Assembly (NCBI GenBank): GCA_964057225.1
Contig: OZ059898.1
Span: 4,712,001-4,776,000 of the forward strand
Reading direction: 5' to 3'
Source of the DNA: Auanema rhodensis
Taxonomy: Eukaryota; Animalia; Nematoda
Length of the DNA stretch: 64,000 nt
The notes under the pieces are model-generated. The model worked only from the letters and a program-made list of their open reading frames with translations, was not told the DNA's origin and made no database searches. The position numbers and the translations under genes are program-made. Below, piece by piece: positions 9,701 through 20,494 of the stretch; within the stretch, counting starts at the first letter, position 1; each line of letters starts with the position of its first letter.

Positions 9701-12700
9701 AATCTGAAGTTCTTAGTCAGATTTGGCTGTGACTTTTCAAATTTCCGGAAAAAAGGTTTATATCGACCCCATCCACAAGATTTGTTCACAAAAAAGTTCA
9801 GGCTGTAGGCACGTTGTGTCCGGTGATTGTTCGATTTTGTCAAAGATCAAAATCTATAATTAAATAAAAATACTCTGAGGTTGGGTATTCAGATGTGCAG
9901 AATCTGAAGTTCTTAGTCAGATTTGGCTGTGACTTTTCAAATTTCCGGAAAAAAGGTTTATATCGACCCCATCCACAAGATTTGTTCACAAAAAAGTTCA
10001 GGCTGTAGGCACGTTGTGTCCGGTGATTGTTCGATTTTGTCAAAGATTATTAACTATAATCAAATAAAAATACTCTGAGGTTGGGTATTCAGATGTGCAG
10101 AATCTGAAGTTCTTAGTCAGATTTGGCTGTGACTTTTCAAATTTCCGGAAAAAAGGTTTATATCGACCCCATCCACAAGATTTGTTCACAAAAAAGTTCA
10201 GGCTGTAGGCACGTTGTGTCCGGTGATTGTTCGATTTTGTCAAAGATCAAAATCTATAATCAAATAAAAATACTCTGAGGTTGGGTATTCAGATGTGCAG
10301 AATCTCAATTTCTTAGTGAGATTTGGCTGTGACTTTTCAAATTTCCGGAAAAAAGGTTTATATCGACCCCATCCACAAGATTTGTTCACAAAAAAGTTCA
10401 GGCTGTAGGCACGTTGTGTCCGGTGATTGTTCGATTTTGTCAAAGATCAAAATCTATAATTAAATAAAAATACTCTGAGGTTGGGTATTCAGATGTGCAG
10501 AATCTGAAGTTCTTAGTCAGATTTGGCTGTGACTTTTCAAATTTCCGGAAAAAAGGTTTATATCGACCCCATCCACAAGATTTGTTCACAAAAAAGTTCA
10601 GGCTGTAGGCACGTTGTGTCCGGTGATTGTTCGATTTTGTCAAAGATTATTAACTATAATCAAATAAAAATACTCTGAGGTTGGGTATTCAGATGTGCAG
10701 AATCTCAATTTCTTAGTGAGATTTGGCTGTGACTTTTCAAATTTCCGGAAAAAAGGTTTATATCGACCCCATCCACAAGATTTGTTCACAAAAAAGTTCA
10801 GGCTGTAGGCACGTTGTGTCCGGTGATTGTTCGATTTTGTCAAAGATCAAAATCTATAATCAAATAAAAATACTCTGAGGTTGGGTATTCAGATGTGCAG
10901 AATCTGAAGTTCTTAGTCAGATTTGGCTGTGACTTTTCAAATTTCCGGAAAAAAGGTTTATATCGACCCCATCCACAAGATTTGTTCACAAAAAAGTTCA
11001 GGCTGTAGGCACGTTGTGTCCGGTGATTGTTCGATTTTGTCAAAGATCAAAATCTATAATCAAATAAAAATACTCTGAGGTTGGGTATTCAGATGTGCAG
11101 AATCTCAATTTCTTAGTGAGATTTGGCTGTGACTTTTCAAATTTCCGGAAAAAAGGTTTATATCGACCCCATCCACAAGATTTGTTCACAAAAAAGTTCA
11201 GGCTGTAGGCACGTTGTGTCCGGTGATTGTTCGATTTTGTCAAAGATTATTAACTATAATCAAATAAAAATACTCTGAGGTTGGGTATTCAGATGTGCAG
11301 AATCTGAAGTTCTTAGTCAGATTTGGCTGTGACTTTTCAAATTTCCGGAAAAAAGGTTTATATCGACCCCATCCACAAGATTTGTTCACAAAAAAGTTCA
11401 GGCTGTAGGCACGTTGTGTCCGGTGATTGTTCGATTTTGTCAAAGATCAAAATCTATAATCAAATAAAAATACTCTGAGGTTGGGTATTCAGATGTGCAG
11501 AATCTCAATTTCTTAGTGAGATTTGGCTGTGACTTTTCAAATTTCCGGAAAAAAGGTTTATATCGACCCCATCCACAAGATTTGTTCACAAAAAAGTTCA
11601 GGCTGTAGGCACGTTGTGTCCGGTGATTGTTCGATTTTGTCAAAGATCAAAATCTATAATTAAATAAAAATACTCTGAGGTTGGGTATTCAGATGTGCAG
11701 AATCTGAAGTTCTTAGTCAGATTTGGCTGTGACTTTTCAAATTTCCGGAAAAAAGGTTTATATCGACCCCATCCACAAGATTTGTTCACAAAAAAGTTCA
11801 GGCTGTAGGCACGTTGTGTCCGGTGATTGTTCGATTTTGTCAAAGATCAAAATCTATAATTAAATAAAAATACTCTGAGGTTGGGTATTCAGATGTGCAG
11901 AATCTGAAGTTCTTAGTCAGATTTGGCTGTGACTTTTCAAATTTCCGGAAAAAAGGTTTATATCGACCCCATCCACAAGATTTGTTCACAAAAAAGTTCA
12001 GGCTGTAGGCACGTTGTGTCCGGTGATTGTTCGATTTTGTCAAAGATCAAAATCTATAATCAAATAAAAATACTCTGAGGTTGGGTATTCAGATGTGCAG
12101 AATCTCAATTTCTTAGTGAGATTTGGCTGTGACTTTTCAAATTTCCGGAAAAAAGGTTTATATCGACCCCATCCACAAGATTTGTTCACAAAAAAGTTCA
12201 GGCTGTAGGCACGTTGTGTCCGGTGATTGTTCGATTTTGTCAAAGATTATTAACTATAATCAAATAAAAATACTCTGAGGTTGGGTATTCAGATGTGCAG
12301 AATCTGAAGTTCTTAGTCAGATTTGGCTGTGACTTTTCAAATTTCCGGAAAAAAGGTTTATATCGACCCCATCCACAAGATTTGTTCACAAAAAAGTTCA
12401 GGCTGTAGGCACGTTGTGTCCGGTGATTGTTCGATTTTGTCAAAGATCAAAATCTATAATCAAATAAAAATACTCTGAGGTTGGGTATTCAGATGTGCAG
12501 AATCTGAAGTTCTTAGTCAGATTTGGCTGTGACTTTTCAAATTTCCGGAAAAAAGGTTTATATCGACCCCATCCACAAGATTTGTTCACAAAAAAGTTCA
12601 GGCTGTAGGCACGTTGTGTCCGGTGATTGTTCGATTTTGTCAAAGATCAAAATCTATAATCAAATAAAAATACTCTGAGGTTGGGTATTCAGATGTGCAG

Positions 12701-15700
12701 AATCTCAATTTCTTAGTGAGATTTGGCTGTGACTTTTCAAATTTCCGGAAAAAAGGTTTATATCGACCCCATCCACAAGATTTGTTCACAAAAAAGTTCA
12801 GGCTGTAGGCACGTTGTGTCCGGTGATTGTTCGATTTTGTCAAAGATCAAAATCTATAATCAAATAAAAATACTCTGAGGTTGGGTATTCAGATGTGCAG
12901 AATCTGAAGTTCTTAGTCAGATTTGGCTGTGACTTTTCAAATTTCCGGAAAAAAGGTTTATATCGACCCCATCCACAAGATTTGTTCACAAAAAAGTTCA
13001 GGCTGTAGGCACGTTGTGTCCGGTGATTGTTCGATTTTGTCAAAGATTATTAACTATAATCAAATAAAAATACTCTGAGGTTGGGTATTCAGATGTGCAG
13101 AATCTCAATTTCTTAGTGAGATTTGGCTGTGACTTTTCAAATTTCCGGAAAAAAGGTTTATATCGACCCCATCCACAAGATTTGTTCACAAAAAAGTTCA
13201 GGCTGTAGGCACGTTGTGTCCGGTGATTGTTCGATTTTGTCAAAGATCAAAATCTATAATCAAATAAAAATACTCTGAGGTTGGGTATTCAGATGTGCAG
13301 AATCTGAAGTTCTTAGTCAGATTTGGCTGTGACTTTTCAAATTTCCGGAAAAAAGGTTTATATCGACCCCATCCACAAGATTTGTTCACAAAAAAGTTCA
13401 GGCTGTAGGCACGTTGTGTCCGGTGATTGTTCGATTTTGTCAAAGATCAAAATCTATAATCAAATAAAAATACTCTGAGGTTGGGTATTCAGATGTGCAG
13501 AATCTCAATTTCTTAGTGAGATTTGGCTGTGACTTTTCAAATTTCCGGAAAAAAGGTTTATATCGACCCCATCCACAAGATTTGTTCACAAAAAAGTTCA
13601 GGCTGTAGGCACGTTGTGTCCGGTGATTGTTCGATTTTGTCAAAGATTATTAACTATAATCAAATAAAAATACTCTGAGGTTGGGTATTCAGATGTGCAG
13701 AATCTGAAGTTCTTAGTCAGATTTGGCTGTGACTTTTCAAATTTCCGGAAAAAAGGTTTATATCGACCCCATCCACAAGATTTGTTCACAAAAAAGTTCA
13801 GGCTGTAGGCACGTTGTGTCCGGTGATTGTTCGATTTTGTCAAAGATCAAAATCTATAATCAAATAAAAATACTCTGAGGTTGGGTATTCAGATGTGCAG
13901 AATCTCAATTTCTTAGTGAGATTTGGCTGTGACTTTTCAAATTTCCGGAAAAAAGGTTTATATCGACCCCATCCACAAGATTTGTTCACAAAAAAGTTCA
14001 GGCTGTAGGCACGTTGTGTCCGGTGATTGTTCGATTTTGTCAAAGATTATTAACTATAATCAAATAAAAATACTCTGAGGTTGGGTATTCAGATGTGCAG
14101 AATCTGAATTTCTTAGTCAGATTTGGCTGTGACTTTTCAAATTTCCGGAAAAAAGGTTTATATCGACCCCATCCACAAGATTTGTTCACAAAAAAGTTCA
14201 GGCTGTAGGCACGTTGTGTCCGGTGATTGTTCGATTTTGTCAAAGATCAAAATCTATAATCAAATAAAAATACTCTGAGGTTGGGTATTCAGATGTGCAG
14301 AATCTCAATTTCTTAGTGAGATTTGGCTGTGACTTTTCAAATTTCCGGAAAAAAGGTTTATATCGACCCCATCCACAAGATTTGTTCACAAAAAAGTTCA
14401 GGCTGTAGGCACGTTGTGTCCGGTGATTGTTCGATTTTGTCAAAGATTATTAACTATAATCAAATAAAAATACTCTGAGGTTGGGTATTCAGATGTGCAG
14501 AATCTGAAGTTCTTAGTCAGATTTGGCTGTGACTTTTCAAATTTCCGGAAAAAAGGTTTATATCGACCCCATCCACAAGATTTGTTCACAAAAAAGTTCA
14601 GGCTGTAGGCACGTTGTGTCCGGTGATTGTTCGATTTTGTCAAAGATTATTAACTATAATCAAATAAAAATACTCTGAGGTTGGGTATTCAGATGTGCAG
14701 AATCTGAATTTCTTAGTCAGATTTGGCTGTGACTTTTCAAATTTCCGGAAAAAAGGTTTATATCGACCCCATCCACAAGATTTGTTCACAAAAAAGTTCA
14801 GGCTGTAGGCACGTTGTGTCCGGTGATTGTTCGATTTTGTCAAAGATCAAAATCTATAATCAAATAAAAATACTCTGAGGTTGGGTATTCAGATGTGCAG
14901 AATCTCAATTTCTTAGTGAGATTTGGCTGTGACTTTTCAAATTTCCGGAAAAAAGGTTTATATCGACCCCATCCACAAGATTTGTTCACAAAAAAGTTCA
15001 GGCTGTAGGCACGTTGTGTCCGGTGATTGTTCGATTTTGTCAAAGATTATTAACTATAATCAAATAAAAATACTCTGAGGTTGGGTATTCAGATGTGCAG
15101 AATCTGAATTTCTTAGTCAGATTTGGCTGTGACTTTTCAAATTTCCGGAAAAAAGGTTTATATCGACCCCATCCACAAGATTTGTTCACAAAAAAGTTCA
15201 GGCTGTAGGCACGTTGTGTCCGGTGATTGTTCGATTTTGTCAAAGATCAAAATCTATAATCAAATAAAAATACTCTGAGGTTGGGTATTCAGATGTGCAG
15301 AATCTCAATTTCTTAGTGAGATTTGGCTGTGACTTTTCAAATTTCCGGAAAAAAGGTTTATATCGACCCCATCCACAAGATTTGTTCACAAAAAAGTTCA
15401 GGCTGTAGGCACGTTGTGTCCGGTGATTGTTCGATTTTGTCAAAGATCAAAATCTATAATTAAATAAAAATACTCTGAGGTTGGGTATTCAGATGTGCAG
15501 AATCTGAAGTTCTTAGTCAGATTTGGCTGTGACTTTTCAAATTTCCGGAAAAAAGGTTTATATCGACCCCATCCACAAGATTTGTTCACAAAAAAGTTCA
15601 GGCTGTAGGCACGTTGTGTCCGGTGATTGTTCGATTTTGTCAAAGATTATTAACTATAATCAAATAAAAATACTCTGAGGTTGGGTATTCAGATGTGCAG

Positions 15701-16053
15701 AATCTGAATTTCTTAGTCAGATTTGGCTGTGACTTTTCAAATTTCCGGAAAAAAGGTTTATATCGACCCCATCCACAAGATTTGTTCACAAAAAAGTTCA
15801 GGCTGTAGGCACGTTGTGTCCGGTGATTGTTCGATTTTGTCAAAGATTATTAACTATAATCAAATAAAAATACTCTGAGGTTGGGTATTCAGATGTGCAG
15901 AATCTGAAGTTCTTAGTCAGATTTGGCTGTGACTTTTCAAATTTCCGGAAAAAAGGTTTATATCGACCCCATCCACAAGATTTGTTCACAAAAAAGTTCA
16001 GGCTGTAGGCACGTTGTGTCCGGTGATTGTTCGATTTTGTCAAAGATCAAAAT
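6758..16053. repeat. 200-bp satellite array, segment 2 (~46.5 monomers)
   Basis: Same monomer and orientation. The variant aatctcaatttcttagtgag recurs every 2-4 monomers from ~9440 to ~15440. Confidence 0.98.
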
Positions 16054-16250
16054 TAGAATTTTTTTACTATAATAAGACGTAAAAAAGAGATTATATTTAT
16101 TCGACTGTTAGCTATATTGTTTACATTGACCTCACGTTACAAAAAAAAAAATTTTTTTTGAATAGGGTAATAAGACCGTGGGAAAGGCGGGCTTTAAGTA
16201 TTGGCGGGAACCGGGTTCTCAAGTCAATTCTATCAGTAAAACACTTCATA
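16054..16250 (-). repeat. DIRS copy 2 right extension (16054-16090) and right ITR (16091-16250)
   Basis: Mirror of 6562-6757, with an A11 tract instead of A10. Confidence 0.9.
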
Positions 16251-16436
16251 ATTTCTAAAAAGTTAAAGGGGATACAAAACGATACTGACAGAGAGATCTT
16301 CGGATAGGGATGAGCAGGATCTATCTTCGTGGAACTGGGTTCTTCGAGGGGCGTCGGAATCTAAAGAAAAACGTAATCTAGAGAGCGCGAGGAAGGGACT
16401 CCGTAGGTGGAGACCAAGGGGTGGAAGGTGGGACTC

Positions 16437-16514
16437 CAGTCGAATAAATATAATCTCTTTTTTACGTCTTATTATAGTAAAAAAATTCTATTATATTTAT
16501 TCGACTGTTAGCTA
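16437..16514 (-). other. DIRS copy 2 ICR
   Basis: Mirror of 6298-6375. Confidence 0.9.
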
Positions 16515-17593
16515 GTTAAAGAAAATAAGGAGTCCTGGAAAGAGCGTCTCTTGCAATAGTGTTTGAAGAAGGTGCTTTCCGAGGCCCAGTTAGCTGCGTC
16601 TAAAATAGTTTTGACAGGCAGTCCATTCTCAAAAGCTTTGGACGTGGCGGCAGCACGTACTGAGTGAGCTTTGAATTTTGTGGGGATTCCCGCTTCTTCT
16701 AGGCAAGTTCTAATCCAACCCGCTACCGTAGTTGCGACTACTGGTTCTCCTCTGTTAATGCTAACTAGAAGGTTTCGCGATCGACGAGTATGCATGGTAG
16801 CCGACAGGTAGGCATTTATGCAATCAATGGGGCAGACAAGAGGGCGTTCTGAATGGCTTTCGAAACAAGCTTCGCGGGGAGGGCCCTTGCCCCTATTCTT
16901 GTTCCTGAATTCGATGAAGAAGGTGACCCCTCGTGTGTCAAAGCGCATGTGGTCGAGTGATAGCGCCGATAGTTCCGATGCTCGTTGAGGGGAGCACATA
17001 GCTAAGAGGGTAGCAAGCTTGCGGGTTAGACAGTCTAAGGACAGCGAATCGTTAGGACCTAGACTTTCTAGGTGAGCCAGGACCGTAGAAGGGTCCCAGA
17101 TATCCATGTATCTAGCGTGTGGAGGCTTGGAACGATATATCCCGCGGAGAAGCTTTTTTAACATCGGATCGTCCCGGAGTGGGGGAGTTACGGAATAGTG
17201 TTCAGCGAGAAGGCAGAGAGCCGCCCTTGCTGTAGCAGCTGAGGAAAAACCGTTGTTCTCTGCCCGATGGGCTAAGAAATTGGCAACATTTTTTGCATTG
17301 GGGATGAACTCGATCTGGGATAGCTTGCAATAATTCTCCCAAGCTCTGTAAGCCGTGTTATATTGTTTTCGGGTACCAGGAGCGAAAGCGTTTACCAATA
17401 GTAGTTTGGTCTGGTCCGATATTCCTTCTATGCTGGCGGTGAAATCCTCCACGCCGCCAGGAAAAAATTTCTTGTCCCCAGGAGGGGGTGAGAGTTGCCT
17501 TTCTTGTCTTGGAGAAGGCTGGGATGATGGAGGCTCATTGGGGGTTCCTGGACTAGTTGGGACAGAAGGGGAAACCAGATCTGGCTTTTCCAA
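16508..17593 (-). CDS. DIRS tyrosine recombinase, copy 2
   Basis: Identical to copy 1 except WFRT to WIRT (SNP at 16714 vs 6098). Confidence 0.93.
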   Translation of the reverse strand: MEKPDLVSPSVPTSPGTPNEPPSSQPSPRQERQLSPPPGDKKFFPGGVEDFTASIEGISDQTKLLLVNAFAPGTRKQYNTAYRAWENYCKLSQIEFIPNAKNVANFLAHRAENNGFSSAATARAALCLLAEHYSVTPPLRDDPMLKKLLRGIYRSKPPHARYMDIWDPSTVLAHLESLGPNDSLSLDCLTRKLATLLAMCSPQRASELSALSLDHMRFDTRGVTFFIEFRNKNRGKGPPREACFESHSERPLVCPIDCINAYLSATMHTRRSRNLLVSINRGEPVVATTVAGWIRTCLEEAGIPTKFKAHSVRAAATSKAFENGLPVKTILDAANWASESTFFKHYCKRRSFQDSLFSLTS

Positions 17594-20304
17594 AGTGGAG
17601 CGATCAGGATGGCCTGTCGTCCTGAGTCTGCCAACTTGTTGATGGTCCTCTTGAGGAGGTGGAAGGGCGGGAAGACGAAGAGAAGTCCTTGCGGCAGCTG
17701 TTTCCAGTTGTGAGAGAAGGCGTCTACGCAGAATGCGTTCTCGTCTAGAAGGAAAGAGCAGTAAAGTGGTGCCTTTGCGTTCCAGGAGGATGCAAAAAGA
17801 TCAAATGAAGGGGTACCGAATCTTTGGAAAATACTCGCAGTCGTCTCCGGATGGAGGGACCAATCTTCGTGAAGGCATCTACCCCTGGAGAGTTGGTCTG
17901 CAATGTGATTCAGTCTGCCGGCGATGTGCGTTGCTCTGACTCGGATATTGCGCTCCCTGCAGAAGTGCCAGAGCTTACGGGCTATTTCCGAACCTCGTTC
18001 TGAGGCCGAGCCACCCCGCCTGTTGATGTAAGTTATCGCCGATGTGTTATCGATTAACAGTAACACGTCAATATTGCACCACTCAGTGCCGAAATGGACC
18101 AGGGCTTTGAAGGCCGCAATAAGTTCCAACCAGTTTATGTGATAAGCATATTTCTCCTTGATTGACCATTTCCCTGAGATAGTGTTGCCTTCCCATGATG
18201 CTCCATATCCTTCACCGGAGGCGTCCGATGTAATGGACAGGGATGGAGAGAAGGGTACAAGTGAACTCGGGGAGCCTAGTGTGCAAGATTCTTCTGATAG
18301 GAAGGCACGTAAGGTATCCCGAAGGTCTCCTACAATAGAGACCTGAGCGGAAAGCTCGTTGGGGTCGTTTAGGTTGGGAAAACCTATGCCCCGTAAATCT
18401 CTTTGAGTTTGTCTAACCCAAAAGGAAAAATGTGGGTGTACCACAGTGGCGAAGTTGATTCTCCCGAGGAGGGAGGCCAGTTTCCGGAGTGGGGAGGCCT
18501 GGGATCTGAGAAGGACCGACAGGGAGGTGCTTATAGCCTCCCGTTTTTCTGTTGGCAGGCGCCATTCAAGAGAGCGCGTGTCTATTTCTAAACCTAGAAA
18601 ATCGAGCGATTGGGTAGGGCTTAAGATGGATTTAAGCATGTTAATAGAGAAACCCGCGTCACGGAATAGATCTATAGCACGAGACGCATGATCGGCCACT
18701 CTTGTGGCTGACCTGTCTAGAAAAAGCCAGTCGTCAAGGTAGTTGATTAGGCGAATTCCCTGATCCCTGAGGAGCGCTGCAAGCACCCTCATCAGCTTAT
18801 GAAACACGTATGGGGCTGCGTTTAGGCCGAAAGGAAGGACGCAGAACACGTATGATCTGCCCTCTATATCAAAGCCCAGGTAGGGTTGATGTTCTATTGC
18901 CACAGGGATAGAATGATAGGCCGACTGGAAGTCCACCTTGCATAACCAATCATTGCGTTGCAACACCGATGGGAGGTCCCTAACGGATTCCAGCTTGAAC
19001 CGGGGTGTCTCTATGAAGGTGTTAAGCGTCTTCAAGTTGAGGATAAAGCGGCTGGACCCATCGGACTTGGGTACTAGAAAAGTAGAGGACCGGAAGATCC
19101 TTTCGCCAGGTCTAGCCGGTCTGATTGCCCCCGTCTCCAAAAGCTCCGCAAGGAGAGGGTTAGCCGGAAGAGATTGCGGTAACGATGTCAGATTTGACAG
19201 AAGGCGCTTAGGTTTACTACCTGCGAAAGGGAGGCGGTAGCCTTTTACCGTCTGAAGGATATCCTGGTCTTTAGAGAGGGAACCCCAAAAGTCTAGGTGG
19301 GACGAAAGAGCACCTGCTCGAAAATGGACGCACCTGCTATAGGAGTTAGCCTTGTGGATGGGTCGTGTTGATGGTCCCGATCGTTGGTTCGATGACGGTC
19401 TTGGACGTTGATGATCTCGGGAACTTGAATTGGTTCTTGAGTTTCTAGAGAGTTCAGAGAAAGCCGAGATTTCTGCCCTTAGCTTCTTTCCGAAGAGTTC
19501 CGGGACTGAGTCCTGAGAATAAAGATTAATAGACGTTGGTCGCTTATGGCATCCTACCTCCTGAGAGTTGTCGAGAGACATGGTAGAACCGTAGAGCGGG
19601 GCCCTTTTGTAGCTAGGCATAGCCTTGATGGGCTGAGAGTACTTCATTTTAAGAAGTGCGATCTCTCTGAGGTGAGTATAATCCGTCTTGATATTGGCGC
19701 TGAGGAATCTTTCTGTCACGTTGATGTATGCCTGTTGTTTGGAGGAAAGTGGAGACTTGTTATCGATCTTCGCAAGTTTCCTGATGATCCGTAGGCCGGC
19801 GAGCGCATTGAGCGTGTTCTCGTAAGAGGCCCTGATGTCAGCCTCGCTGATCTTCACTGATGGCTTGACTGAGCTATCCACGTGGGTGGTGTATTTCTCA
19901 TCCAGGCATGGTAGACGGGCGAATGGAGAATCGAGTATTGGGAGCTCAGATAAGATGTCGGCTCTTTCGGTGTGCGTCATGGAGCAACCGGAGGCAAGAC
20001 GCTCGAAGTCGGCAAGTTCGGAACCGGAGAGGCGGACTACAGGCCTGGTTCTAGGTCCTTGAGATTCTGGTGGCATGGGCACGAAGTCGTCCTCGTCCGA
20101 GGAGTCATGTCGAACTTGATCGAGTTCTTCATGGGAGTTCACCGAGTGATCGCCTTGGGTTGAGTCCGTAGGTGTGAGACGGCCATCGCGTCGTGAAGAT
20201 TCCAAAGAGCCGTCTGATGAGATCGAGACGGATGAGCGGCCTCTTTTCGGGGCAGGCTCATGATCAGGGGCTTGTCCCTTCTTGGTAGTGCGAGCGGGGG
20301 CCAT
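17428..20304 (-). CDS. DIRS Gag-RT-RNaseH-MT polyprotein, copy 2 (frame open to 20427)
   Basis: Translation appears identical to copy 1, with the same YLDD, TSDAS, DLFAS and FPPF motifs. Confidence 0.93.
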   Translation of the reverse strand: MAPARTTKKGQAPDHEPAPKRGRSSVSISSDGSLESSRRDGRLTPTDSTQGDHSVNSHEELDQVRHDSSDEDDFVPMPPESQGPRTRPVVRLSGSELADFERLASGCSMTHTERADILSELPILDSPFARLPCLDEKYTTHVDSSVKPSVKISEADIRASYENTLNALAGLRIIRKLAKIDNKSPLSSKQQAYINVTERFLSANIKTDYTHLREIALLKMKYSQPIKAMPSYKRAPLYGSTMSLDNSQEVGCHKRPTSINLYSQDSVPELFGKKLRAEISAFSELSRNSRTNSSSRDHQRPRPSSNQRSGPSTRPIHKANSYSRCVHFRAGALSSHLDFWGSLSKDQDILQTVKGYRLPFAGSKPKRLLSNLTSLPQSLPANPLLAELLETGAIRPARPGERIFRSSTFLVPKSDGSSRFILNLKTLNTFIETPRFKLESVRDLPSVLQRNDWLCKVDFQSAYHSIPVAIEHQPYLGFDIEGRSYVFCVLPFGLNAAPYVFHKLMRVLAALLRDQGIRLINYLDDWLFLDRSATRVADHASRAIDLFRDAGFSINMLKSILSPTQSLDFLGLEIDTRSLEWRLPTEKREAISTSLSVLLRSQASPLRKLASLLGRINFATVVHPHFSFWVRQTQRDLRGIGFPNLNDPNELSAQVSIVGDLRDTLRAFLSEESCTLGSPSSLVPFSPSLSITSDASGEGYGASWEGNTISGKWSIKEKYAYHINWLELIAAFKALVHFGTEWCNIDVLLLIDNTSAITYINRRGGSASERGSEIARKLWHFCRERNIRVRATHIAGRLNHIADQLSRGRCLHEDWSLHPETTASIFQRFGTPSFDLFASSWNAKAPLYCSFLLDENAFCVDAFSHNWKQLPQGLLFVFPPFHLLKRTINKLADSGRQAILIAPLWKSQIWFPLLSQLVQEPPMSLHHPSLLQDKKGNSHPLLGTRNFFLAAWRISPPA

Positions 20305-20334
20305 AGCGACCAACCGTGAGGCTCGAAACAAAAA

Positions 20335-20494
20335 TATGAAGTGTTTTACTGATAGAATTGACTTGAGAACCCGGTTCCCGCCAATACTTAAAGCCCGCCT
20401 TTCCCACGGTCTTATTACCCTATTCAAAAAAAATTTTTTTTTTTGTAACGTGAGGTCAATGTAAACAATATAGCTAACAGTCGAATAAATATAA
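20335..20494 (-). repeat. DIRS copy 2 left ITR (160 bp)
   Basis: Inverted copy of 16091-16250. Confidence 0.9.

Larger units (their letters stand above)
16054..20494 (-). mobile_element. DIRS1-like retrotransposon, full length (4441 bp), copy 2, inverted
   Basis: Reverse complement of copy 1. Inserted at satellite caaaat|ctataa with no duplication or deletion. Confidence 0.96.
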
